DNA from: Antedon mediterranea
Lineage: Eukaryota; Animalia; Echinodermata
Assembly: GCF_964355755.1 (NCBI RefSeq)
Contig: NC_092676.1
Location: forward strand, 28,166,871-28,230,870
DNA length: 64,000 nt
Reading direction: 5' to 3'
Both the position numbers and the translations under genes were made by a program. Positions 54,501 to 64,000 of this stretch are shown here, piece after piece. How positions within the stretch are numbered: position 1 is the first letter of the stretch; the number at the start of each line of letters is the position of its first letter. The notes under the pieces were generated by a model, which did no database searches, was not told the DNA's origin, and worked only from the letters and a program-made list of their open reading frames with translations.

Positions 54501-57500
54501 TATTTTTCTTCTTCATAATCTGTAGTAGCCTGAAGATTGGAGGTGGCTAATTTTTGTAGTTTTTTTAAACAAGGAGAAAAGTGTACATACTAGAAACAAA
54601 CCTGCTAATTAATTAATCAAAAATTGAGAATCAACTTATTTTTAGCTACTGTAGATGATTAAAAATTAATTTACATTTTTTTTTTAAAATGTCAATTTTA
54701 ATAAAAATCCTACCATACAATATGTCTGTTGACTTTTTAAAGCCTTATTCAACATGGTATATTGTCTCTCAGGTCTCACAATCAGTTTCTCTCTCCTGTC
54801 AAACGATATTACTAACATGTCATCGTAGTTTAAGGGGCAATGTCTTAGCTTGGATAATGCATTGTACTGTACAATGAAAGTTCGGACTTATTACACTGGG
54901 GATTTGATAAAGGAAATAGTAAAACGTGATATTAACTTAACTCGCAAGGACATTGTGTTGGCAATAGTAAAGAAAGTAACTGGTATTATGGATGGGTTTA
55001 TGAATTTGTCATGAAGAATTTGTTTTTCTCGTAAGCATGTGACCATGGAGGTAACAAAATTGTTTACCTCCATGATGTGACTAGTTAGTTACTTGCAATG
55101 ATAAACTAACATCCCGATATACATCCCAGCCCATATTACGTTGACCCCTTCAAATTGTGGTACATACTGTACTGTACATATTGAAGTCAGAGGATACACA
55201 TTTAGAATTATAGATCACCCTTTAGACTGTTTTTAGATCATCTACACTAAATTATTATATGTATTTGTTTGTGAAGAATGGCATCCATGTGTACAATACA
55301 CCTTGCAAACATTCACATAGATTTAGTATCTTTATCAAGCACATCTTTGATAACAATACTGTATAATCATCTATAATCGATTAAAGAGATTTACTGCAGC
55401 AATTCTGCTACTACTGCAGTAAGTTGTCAAATAATAAAACATTGTTAACTTTGCAATGAATTCTGTCAAATTGATTATATTAATTACAGTATGTGCGTTC
55501 AAATTGCAGGATGAATTTTTGTTTATCCACAACTTTGTCCATGCATAAGAATTTTTAAAAACCTTAGTGGTGTACCAAGTTAATATGACAAGCACTACTT
55601 GAACATATCAATATTAAAGATTGTGTAACACTTTTGGTTCCATCAATAATCAATTAAAAATATCAGTTATTTCTAATTGATTTTTTAATCACACACTCTC
55701 TCTCAAGGAATAGTCTTTTGAAAAGTGACTAAAACATCTGAATAAATACCAGTATTTATTTCACAGGGGCGTAGGCTTCAATAGGGGTGCAGATTTATCC
55801 CCATGCCATCATAGTAGTAACTGAATCCATGTAGGTAATTATACTGTACAGTAGTATAGTAATACTGTACAGTTACCCCAAACCCCCTATTCAGTGGACA
55901 CCTCTATTAAGAGACTTTGATGGGTGCTGAAGGTGGACCCTAAATAGAGGTTCTACTGTAGTACTGCAGGTTTTATAAATAAAATAGATGGATTCAAGGG
56001 GGCCCAGCCTAAATTTTGCAAATTGCAATGCAAAAGATAAGACAGTAAATTCAGTTTGGCACCAAAAATTTGCCATTTTTAAGCTCTGGGCCTCCGCTAT
56101 TTTAAAATCCTGGATTCGTCACTGGCTACTCCCACGCAGAAACGATGCTACGCCCCTGCTCTCAAGCAAAATTGATAAAGAAACAAATACTCAATCTTTA
56201 ACATCACAGTAATTAATATTGCATGGCCTGAGGTGGATGACACCAAGCACTATGTGTGTTAGCTTTCATTCAACTTTTTAAGTATGAACTTACATTTTGG
56301 TTAAGTAGAGTTGTTGAAATAATGACGACATCACACAAGATAAAAACATTAAATTAACATTAATGTAATCAACATTATATGCATTTGAATAAAACAAGGG
56401 TTAATTTTAAAATGTAATTAAAATTAGAGTTTGCTTTTTTGTTAGATATTTTTAAGGACATATTTTTTAAACGGACAAGATTTTGATGTATTCAATTTGG
56501 ATTTGTTAAATATGATAAAATATGATGATAATCGCTTACCTGACAATCGATAAAGACAGTTGTCAACTGATACAGATTGTCCGTGACTATCAACGCATTC
56601 AACTTGTCGCAAACGTTCTCCAATCTGTTCGCTACATCCTGCGTCAAGCGGAATTGGTTTTGTCTATTTGTAAAAAAATTGGAGAAAAGAATTATAATTA
56701 ATGCATGTACATAAATTAAATCTTACAAGTTATGGGTTCTCTGATGCTGGGTGTGATTTTTGTTAAAGCTTGGTTCCCACTAGAACGTAACGCAATGACG
56801 TAAACGCACACCGTCTATAACTTCGCTTGTCATTTTGTTAAAACGCTTGCGTTGCGTTTACATCCTTGCGTTAGGTTCTAGTGGGAACCAAGCTTTAGTG
56901 ATCAAGTCAAACTTATTCTACAGCAGTTACTGCAGTAACTACAATTTTTACTGCAATAACATTGAATTTAATTTGTTTTTTGTACAGTACTGTACAAAAC
57001 CACTAGGTTCGTAAATAAAGTACAGTAGTATCAGTAATGTTTTTTGTCTGTCACGAAAGAATGAAATTAATCTTCCCTGGTTTTATTTTCTAATGAATAT
57101 TGCATATGCATCAATTTGTTTAAAAAAGTACAACTATTAAATAAAAAGTTTTGGCGTGGGAAGTTAAAGATTCTGGCAGATGCTGTATAAACTTCTTCAT
57201 AAAATGTGATGAGAGTAACATGCAGCAAATAACGTCTAGGTAACGACTACAAATAATATGAGTTTATACAGTAGCATTTTTCATTGTCAATATGAGATTA
57301 TTTTTTAAATACTATCATTAGACGAGCCTTGGAAAGATATGGGTATGGGTATACCTTTGTGGATTTGATGCAAATCGCCGATCTAATATCATAATGGATC
57401 TAATAAAAATATATAGATCTTTAATGGCAAAGAACTAGATCTTTAAGCCAACACAAATCTTGATTAATTACTAATAATATTATTATCACTCACATTACCA

Positions 57501-60500
57501 CTCTGAGCAAGTTGTAAATCAAACCAAAACCGAGGTTAAAGCTCTGTCTACACTATCAAACTAGTTTGACAAAAAAAGTGTATGTGGCAAAATACTACGA
57601 TATGGTACTGTAGTAATATGATGTCATCATGTCTATGTACGGCCCATCACATTTTTCGTCAAGTATCAAGTTTGACATTGTAGACAGAGCTTAAGTAAGA
57701 GAGAAATAGCTTGGTATAAAATGTAAAGGGTGGCTTAATAGCAATATTTGGATATTACTGTACTCCAAGTGGGGATGACTATAATATCACCCTCAATATT
57801 GTCTTTATAATGACATTTTAATTACTGTACTTTAATAATCAAATTCCCAAAGTATGATTACCATTAAAACTAAAAAGATCAAACCACCATGACAAGTCCA
57901 ACCTGTAATAAAGTCTAATTAGCATTTGATGTTTGAAATACAAAAGAATAATAATTCCTATTATATTGTTTATGAGTGGCAGTTATTCATATTCAATGAC
58001 ATAATTATACAAGTGTAGGCATACAGTATTATTAGTTGCAAAGTACATATATTCAGAAATACAGTATTAGGAAGATGTCACTATAGACTTACTGAAATGT
58101 AGGCCTACTAAATGTAATATCGTAATAACAGGGAGTCCTAAAATCCTTGCTACTTGAATACAGACATTTTTTAGAAGCTACAAACTCAAGTCGAATAAAA
58201 GCTATGATTTTGATTTTCCCATCCTCTACTGTACATACCCAGAATATTCTATTTTGACCACTATATTTTATATGCTACATATATATTCTTTACATTATAT
58301 TTACAGTAGATGATTTTGAATGCTACACAGCCTTTTAAACCACAATCAGAATTCCTAGATCAGCAAAACCTTTTACAGTATGCCATTTGTTATTGAGTGA
58401 GTGGCCGAGCGGTTAAGACAGTTGAACCGTAATCACGTAGCCATAACATCGGCAGGGGTTCGAGGCTCACTCACTCCATGGTTCTGGTGGTAGAACGAGT
58501 CTTCTCGGATAAGGACTATAAACCATAGGTCCAGTGTACACAACTTGCTCGTGTGCACTTTAAAGAACCTAGTACATCTTTCGAGACGAGTAGGGGGTTA
58601 CCCCGGTGTATTAGTACATCACAGCCACTGATCACCAACTGGGCCCTCTGGGAGACCAGTCTTTGACTGAAGAGGTCACCCAGTATAAAGATAAAAACAA
58701 ACAAAAACTGTAAAAGTAAGTTAATGTGTGGTGATACAAGGATTAAAAAAAAATATACAGTAACAATTGAAACTTTAAGGGTGTACAGTTAGTATTGTGA
58801 CCTTTGACATTTTGATAATTGCAAGATTAATTACTTTTAATGAGTTTATCCTAACACAAGGTTGTGTATTACTGTTAGCCAATATCCAATAACATTGCAA
58901 ACTCTATCAATCGCAGGCTAAAAAAATACAAATCTAATTTCTTCCAGTCATATTGTCTGATACAATAATAAAAGCGCTGTGCTTTTGGCATCACATGACC
59001 AGACCAACTGAAAACGATGCTAGAAAAAAAAACCAATGATTGCAACAATGAGTAGAAAACAATTAAATATACATTGTGAGTGCGGTAGACTAATGTATTA
59101 ATAAAGGACGCTTTTCAATACTGTGATTATGGCATAATAAAATGATTTACCAGGAACTTTCCAATGAGGACATCAATATTATAATGAAATATATTTTGCT
59201 TTTGGTTTTTTTCAATACATGGCTTTACAGAATAATTTAAAAATTATCAATAGATTTGAAAGTAATCAATTTGTTTAATACCACTGTTTATCAAATAGAA
59301 CACGGCTCCATGATGTTGATTGTAATAAGTATGAAACTTAATTTATACACATTGGTTTTAAGTCGACATACTCAAAAGGGATTACTGTATTAGACACAAA
59401 TTAAAAATTAAGCTACAGGCCTTGTTGGCGGCATGTATATGTTCAATGATTGATTTTTCTCACCACTAATAGGATAAAAGAAGAAAAGGAAGCATTTATG
59501 TTACCAATTAAGTACTTTCTCAAAGTCAAATAAGCAATCAAACTATCTTGTCTATGGTAATGGGCTATAATCAGTAAAATAAAGGAAGTGTACAGTGTGT
59601 ATGACATCAGAACATTTCCCATCATTGTTTTTACTACAGTAGGTCAACCACAAAGGTACACATTGTTAAGTAAACAGCCAAACCCTAAAAGCTAGGCTAA
59701 AGACACCATTGAGAGGATGGACTATAGAACACATTATGGTTGCATCATCTAGTGTTGCCCAATCAGATACGACAGTTTGAAGGTGCACCCACTACGCATT
59801 TACACACCAAGCGCACATTGTTATGTATACAAAAATACAGCCAAATTCCAAAATCTAGGCTAAAGATACCATTGAGAGGACAGGCTATACAACCTATGAT
59901 TATTGTACAGTACTGTACATCATCTAGTGCCTTCCATTCAGATACATCAGTTTAAAGATGCGGCCAATATGAATTCACATTCCAAGAACCAAGTGCACAT
60001 TGTTCAAAACAAAAATACTGTAGATCCAAAAACCCAAAAGCAAGCTACTGTAAAAACGAGACAGGGACGAGAAAGGCTATAGAATACATTTTGGCTACGT
60101 TGTCCAATCAAATATAACAATTTGAAAGTGCACGCACCACGGCGCCAGTCACATGTACAGTACAACCAACATAATCATATTCTATGAATTGATATACTGT
60201 AAACAACTTTTTTTATCCAATTTTGTTTTTATTTCAATATATTGATGTTAAGCTTGAATTTTATTAAGCTTGGCATTTTTTGTAGATCTGTTAATCTTAA
60301 ATTAAATCTTGATTTAATGCAAAACTTGTAAACATAATCTCCTACAGTAATTGTTCGTTTCAAAACGTTCATCAAAGGTCAATTTAAGGACACGTATCAT
60401 TCATTAAGGTATTTGATTCGCATATTATATTAATGATTGAGTGATACTGTAGCCTGGTATTATCTCATTGTCTAATTAACAACCTGGGATCTATAAAAAA

Positions 60501-61377
60501 AATCAAATTCATTATTCTAATGATTTAATCAGAAATAAAAAACATAAATAACCCTCAAACACAATTGTACTTTAGTTGGTAATCCTATGTTTGTAAAACA
60601 GCGAGCGAGTAAAATGGCCAAGCAGTTAAGGCAGGGGCGCAGTATACTGTACCTAAAGAGCCAACAATATCGGCAAGGGTTTGAGGGTGATTACCATCTA
60701 TCTGATAGGACTGTGATTACTGTAATTTGCTATTGGTAATCCTTGGCCACATTTGCCTAAATACATAAAATATAAAAAAACATACAATGGCATAAAACTC
60801 CTCCTCTCAAATATTTATTTGCATCAATACATACCTCTCTACAGCTTGTCCATTCGTTTATTTTCCATTCATAAATCGTTATAATGTGATCGTCAACACA
60901 TTCTGGTAATCCTTTACAATCCTCAATTTCGGATAATGATCCACAACCTTTCCCGTCATTTACAGGTTCCTGGACTAAATTTCTCGTGCGATACCTGACG
61001 GCAGCATTACATGTTTTACTACACTGTGACCAACGAGTCCACGTTGTCATTACGCAATCTTGCGAACATATTTTACAATTCCCGTAACTGGTTGGCTTTT
61101 GAATGTTCTTGCAATATTCTGGAGATACCAAAGTTGCGTAGTGTTCAGGTTTGCCAAAATTTATACAAGCTATTTCTCGCATTTGACCACAGTTGTGGTC
61201 AGCTTGCAATGTGCATTGGTCCCAATATTGATATGCCCATGCGGTGTCCTGGTCTTTGCTCGTAATGTTAAATAAAACGCTCACTACATCGTTATTTATA
61301 GTCTTTATCAAGCGAATGTCAGAACATGATATTGGTATTAAAATATTAATAAGTATAAATAAATATACACAAATCAT
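24558..61377 (-). CDS. THSD7: Thrombospondin type-1 domain-containing protein 7 (THSD7A/B-like), ~1493 aa
   Basis: 24 coding exons splice in frame (4482 nt): 61377-60835, 56663-56540, 39989-39597, 39113-38889, 38562-38296, 38110-37913, 37696-37478, 35852-35685, 35273-35088, 34792-34640, 34417-34214, 33944-33817, 33669-33519, 33335-33099, 32854-32592, 32224-32041, 31882-31770, 31160-31015, 30530-30430, 30193-30062, 29596-29480, 29093-29031, 28585-28507, 24645-24558. The product has a signal peptide, alternating TSP1 repeats (CPxDCxxSxWSxWSxCSxxCG...R.R; W..C...CG.G.Q.R.V.C), EGF-like modules, a TM segment (IWIWIVIGVCLLMIIVFVIFCILIF) and a basic tail ending VTAV*. The terminal exon is the least certain. 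Confidence 0.9.
24778..25095. repeat. 15-bp minisatellite (GATAAAGATWATGTT)n
   Basis: About 20 units, interrupted by GATGATGATAATGTAAT variants, in the last THSD7 intron. Confidence 0.95.
26117..26617. mobile_element. Head-to-tail trimer of MITE family 1
   Basis: Units 26117-26284, 26288-26453 and 26457-26617, each separated and flanked by TTA. Confidence 0.9.
27260..28265. mobile_element. Non-autonomous piggyBac-like element (1006 bp)
   Basis: TTAA target duplication (27256-27259, 28266-28269), 14-bp TIR CACTTTGACTGCCA/TGGCAGTCAAAGTG with C...G termini, and subterminal palindromes. There is no transposase ORF. Confidence 0.88.
28608..28755. mobile_element. MITE family 1
   Basis: AGCTTTGTCTATACTATCAAACT...AGTTTGATAGTGCAGACA with the conserved core. 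Confidence 0.85.
29822..29982. mobile_element. MITE family 1
   Basis: GCTTTGTCTACACTATCAAACT...AGTTTGATAGTGTAGACAGAGCT. Confidence 0.85.
31300..31545. repeat. Degenerate ~35-bp tandem repeat
   Basis: Recurrent ATGCATAATCAGGGYTCACA-like core, about 6 copies. Confidence 0.6.
32393..32467 (+). mobile_element. CR1-type LINE ORF2 3' fragment
   Basis: Translates HFSRRVVKLWNSLSADVVLCQSINS, matching the CR1 C-terminal FS.RVV..WN.L...VV...S motif. Confidence 0.65.
34815..35002 (-). mobile_element. tRNA-derived SINE family B (internally deleted copy)
   Basis: Reverse-complement match to 53840-54055. The head AGAGCTGTAGCTTGGTGGTTTAACATGCTTGCCTTCCAA has an A box and a tRNA-Gly(TCC)-like anticodon arm; the tail is A-rich. 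Confidence 0.75.
35906..36055. mobile_element. MITE family 1, degenerate
   Basis: CTACACTATCAAACTTTATG...GTCAAACTAGTTTGTGTAGACAG. Confidence 0.8.
36250..36490 (-). mobile_element. Deu-domain tRNA-SINE family A, second copy
   Basis: Reverse-complement match to 58395-58640, covering the head and the Deu-like core. Confidence 0.82.
36870..37260. repeat. ~105-bp tandem repeat, 3-4 copies
   Basis: TTTTGGGTGGTGTGT...GTTTGTATACAATATTGAAAT...ACATAAGAAACCTACATTGCTGACTTTTTGTA is repeated. Confidence 0.8.
39160..39296. mobile_element. MITE family 1, left end degraded
   Basis: Conserved core and right TIR AGTTTGATAGTGTAGAGAGAGCT. Confidence 0.8.
41190..41410 (+). mobile_element. Old L2/CR1-group LINE 3' remnant
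   Basis: Translates FPQLWTTLQNDLRDEFLFNLKSFSRSLRSKL, matching the P.LWN.LP..LR...L..F motif, and is followed by an AATAAA/A-rich tail. Confidence 0.5.
42068..43311. mobile_element. Non-autonomous hAT element (1244 bp)
   Basis: Perfect 15-bp TIR CAGTGGCGTATCCAG/CTGGATACGCCACTG and exact 8-bp TSD TTCTCCAT (42060-42067, 43312-43319), with GC-rich subterminal tracts. Confidence 0.93.
43312..43655. repeat. ~68-bp tandem repeat, 5 copies
   Basis: Unit CTCCATTGAGATC.AGCCACT.ATACCCACA.CATTGTCA.TTTTTCATTGCTTATT.TATTTTGTAT. A related single-unit copy lies at 31590-31715. Confidence 0.9.
45320..45936 (+). mobile_element. 5'-truncated CR1-group LINE (ORF2 C-terminus, 3'UTR, A-rich tail)
   Basis: Frameshifted remnants ITLIQPNLDFCSVIYN and SLRRCHNDLIFLFKCLHSIFDC...RVPARNLR...ISRL...YN...DIFNS, followed by an A-rich tail at 45901-45936. 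Confidence 0.8.
46395..46826. repeat. 48-bp minisatellite x9, near-perfect
   Basis: Unit AGGGCTATTGTTGGTTTATCCAG(G/A)TCTAGGCCCAAGATAGAAGGAATA, with one variable site. Confidence 0.97.
47587..47974. mobile_element. Harbinger-like MITE (~390 bp)
   Basis: Imperfect TIR GGTTTGTTTCTGCTGCA/TGCAGCAGAAACAGGCC with many internal TAACCG(G)TT and GTTTCTGCT motifs. The TSD is unclear. Confidence 0.6.
49467..49851. mobile_element. hAT-like non-autonomous element (~385 bp)
   Basis: 12-bp inverted ends TACATGCCAACA/TGTTGGCATGTA and repeated subterminal C(A/G)GGAG motifs. No TSD is evident. Confidence 0.55.
50350..50528. mobile_element. MITE family 1
   Basis: AGCTCTGTCTACACTATCAAACT...TGTAGACAGAGCG. A further fragment lies at ~50920-50995. 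Confidence 0.85.
53840..54055 (+). mobile_element. tRNA-derived SINE family B
   Basis: tRNA-like head (GCTTGCCTTCCAA; B box GGTTCAATCC), a body shared with 34815-35002, and a poly(A) tail. Confidence 0.78.
55764..56158. mobile_element. Nested degenerate DNA-transposon relics (hAT-like outer element; Tigger/pogo-like and hAT-like inner elements)
   Basis: Outer TIR CAGGGGCGTAG/CTACGCCCCTG. The inner piece 55868-55960 ends AGAGGTTCTACTG-TA; the inner piece 55988-56124 ends CCTGGATTCGTCACTG, related to the 42068 family. Confidence 0.55.
56766..56895. mobile_element. MITE family 2, intact (130 bp)
   Basis: Perfect 21-bp TIR AAGCTTGGTTCCCACTAGAAC/GTTCTAGTGGGAACCAAGCTT, extended imperfectly by AACGCAA.GA.GTAAACGCA arms, with TA/TWA flanks. 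Confidence 0.9.
57540..57691. mobile_element. MITE family 1 with TAA TSD
   Basis: AGCTCTGTCTACA...TGTAGACAGAGCT flanked by TAA on both sides. Confidence 0.9.
58395..58706 (+). mobile_element. Deu-domain tRNA-derived SINE family A, full length
   Basis: A box TGGCCGAGCGG and B box GGTTCGAGGC. The core GATAAGGACTATAAACC.TAGGTCC...TTAAAGAACC...TTTCGAGACGAGTAGGGGGTTACCCCGGTGT resembles the Deu-domain as I recall it, and the tail is (AAAC)n. Other copies are at 36250-36490 and a head fragment at 60605-60690. Confidence 0.82.
59680..60130. repeat. ~170-bp degenerate tandem triplication
   Basis: CTAGGCTAAAGA.ACCATTGAGAGGA...CATCTAGTG...TCAGATAC...CCAAG.GCACATTGTT is repeated. Confidence 0.7.
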
Positions 61378-61787
61378 TTTGATTAAATTGTGCGCTTTTT
61401 AAAAATGGAATTAATTTATTAGTCAGCTGTATATCCATAGATAAGTCTGGAATAGAAAATAGAAAAATGGTAAATTGTAAGCATAATAATTAACTAGTAT
61501 ATAAAAAGGGTATTTAATATCACAGAGTGACCAACTCCCACTGTTGGCATATAAACAGCAAGGAATTTTAGGCGCTATCTGCTGATTATCTGCTCAAAAC
61601 ACCACTCCCAGGGTCTACAAACAGCTAGTTAAAATTTTTCCCAGTATTAAATATTTTTAATTTAAAAAAACCCCAAATAATAATATAAATATTATATTAC
61701 ACTTCCATCAAAACATGGACAAAAAATTACTCAGTAGTATTTCAAAATTAGACGTCATTTGGTCTTATTTGCTAAGCCCTCCTTACC
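61378..61787 (-). other. THSD7-like 5' UTR with intron 61786-61447
   Basis: Strong donor CAG|GTAAGG at 61787/61786 and a pyrimidine-rich acceptor TTTTCTATTCCAG| at 61447/61446, upstream of ATG 61377. Confidence 0.6.
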
Positions 61788-64000
61788 TGCAACTTAAGTT
61801 TTAACTACCAGCATGCACACTCAGACTGGTCCCCAGACTCACGTTTTCAACAATACACGACTTTTCAATGTCAGTCCTTCAACAACAAACTTCAACTACC
61901 AATTTCACGGAAGCAATGTAACATAATATATACACAAATTGCACCATTCAGGCGGACAATTGACATGGGATTTGACACAGTCGAATGATTACGCCTTCAG
62001 GCCCAACCAGGTAAACCATAATTGACAATAAATAACGTTAAAACACCTCGGGTTTTGTTGTACTCCACTCTCCCACATGTTTCTCTAATCGTCTGCTGTT
62101 TACTTTCACCTTCAGAGAAAAGCTGAGATAAATTTGCATATTGACCTGCAAACTTGAGGCAGCTTCATTGTGTAAAATGAAAATAGATAAATAATTCGAA
62201 ACACAAATCAATTTAAATAAATAAATATTCAATATTTACTCAGTGTACGTTCACTTATTGTATATTATATACAAGTTGCATATAAAAAAATATATATTAT
62301 GTTACGTTACGTCATTTGAAAAGATGATTTTTGAGTAAAATTACCTCTAATAAAATGTAGCATTCTGACCTGGCAACATACGCGCGCATATTACTGAGCA
62401 GTACGAACGATCTTAAACGCTCGACTTTAAAGTTATGGTTTTTTACAAACCATGAAGACAATAATTGACATTAATTATTACAGTATGCATCATGGAAAAA
62501 TCAACAGAGCCTACATGATAGCGATTTTTAGATGTAAATATTAATAAACTGCAGAAATGAAATTACATCCTGCCCTTTCAATATAATATATTACACACAT
62601 TTAATTTGTTTATATTTCAACGCGTACAACAACACAATACATTATCATGTTAATAAAAACATATGTTGCTCAAACATTATTCCTTATGTTTGTATTAATT
62701 CATTTTATGGATATTTTCTGGGGGCGTTTTGTAAAAATCAATTATGAAATAATAGGTTGCGTGATAATAACTGCGTTATGTATTATTAATTGAAAGTTAA
62801 TACATGTATATTATTCTAAAGAGTACATCAAATTAAATGAACAAGCATTTAATACACGCAATTTGTTAAGAAACAACACGATCAAGTTTTGACGCTTGGT
62901 GCATAGAGGGCGCTATCACTATTTTGAATAACGTCTTTAATAGTCATTCAGAATTCCAATCGTATTGATACATACAATGGTTTGAATCAATGAGTCTTAT
63001 TAATTTACTTACTTATTTATTTTTAAAACAATAAATTGTAATTTGCTTGTTCATTAATCTTCAATAGATCAAACACAATATGTTATATGTATGTGTTTTT
63101 ACTTTGGTTTGAGCAAATCAGCGACAATAAGTTAACTTTTAAAATGTTTAAAAATGAAAATGTAAAATAATCGTCGATGTTATGATGCCTGTAAGTTGGT
63201 GAAACCGTTGAGAAATTATTTACTTCTCAATGATTTTCGTATGATTTTACAATTACGACGAATAAATTAATAAGTAATAGCGCCCTCTATTAGGAAGCGC
63301 GTCTCCACTAACTTTTGTCCGCGATCGATAGGACAAATCAAGAGAATTATCTCTATGTACAAATTGATGAGCAGAGGACACCGCAACTTTGTTTTATATA
63401 ACAATTATTATTAAGCATAAAAAATGCTAATCTTTGTCAATATTTGTTTCGTCATTATCATTATTACCATCGCCATCCATGGCGATCATACTACCCGATG
63501 CGCATTAATACATTTTTTGATAAAATATTTAAAATCCCGTTCATTTATTAAGCCTCGTTAAAACTATTATAATCGAGTTCTATTTTATCTGTTAAATTGT
63601 AGTCGCCATAAGACTCCACAGTTGTAAAATTATATTACCATTCTTGCTATAGGCCTACAATAATACTGTATATCCTTGTTATTTCTTTATAACCAATATA
63701 TAATTAAATCGTTTGTAAGTACCGATTTAAGTAAACAAACAGTTGATTTACAAGTGAAAACAGAGTCTATAATTGACACATGTATGTAGATGTTTAAGTT
63801 CTGTAATCGTTGTAACCAGTTGTCTTTTTTCGTACAAGTGTGAGCAGGAAATTGAAACACAATACACTTCAAATTGTCCAATATATCTTAAAATATACTA
63901 TGTACACAACAAGTCACGTAAGACTGGCAAAACAAATGCTTTAATTAATACAATACGATTGTTGAATTAAGTGTGTAACATAATTGAATCGCGTTTTAAC

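Noticed and set aside
58395-58470. tRNA gene
   Set aside because: It has A and B boxes but no clean cloverleaf, and it continues into a multi-copy SINE body and tail. The same applies to 53840-53900.

Overview
This is AT-rich, intron-containing animal genomic DNA. A deuterostome invertebrate such as an echinoderm is inferred from a Deu-domain SINE and the repeat families; it is not prokaryotic, and I see no CRISPR array or rRNA. From left to right the window holds: (1) the 5' part of a C-type-lectin-domain gene on the - strand, which runs off the window; (2) four intact five-exon SLC46 (PCFT/SLC46A3-like MFS) transporter genes, A+ B+ C- D-, plus a frameshifted relic of a fifth between A and B; (3) a two-exon 96-aa single-pass membrane microprotein gene just upstream of SLC46-C, with a broken copy at the same position upstream of SLC46-D inside a ~5.3-kb tandem duplication; (4) a 24-coding-exon THSD7-like gene (- strand, 61377->24558, ~1493 aa) with a GC-AG intron, two EGF/EB-like modules, a TM helix and a C-terminal PDZ-type motif. 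Introns and spacers are dense in non-autonomous mobile DNA: PIF/Harbinger-type MITEs, piggyBac-, Kolobok- and hAT-like elements, two tRNA-derived SINE families, CR1/L2 fragments and minisatellites. The best candidate for an undescribed system is the diversifying SLC46 array, whose members carry putative lysosomal sorting motifs, together with its co-duplicated microprotein. All gene models were built by hand from splice sites and reading-frame continuity; no database search was possible.
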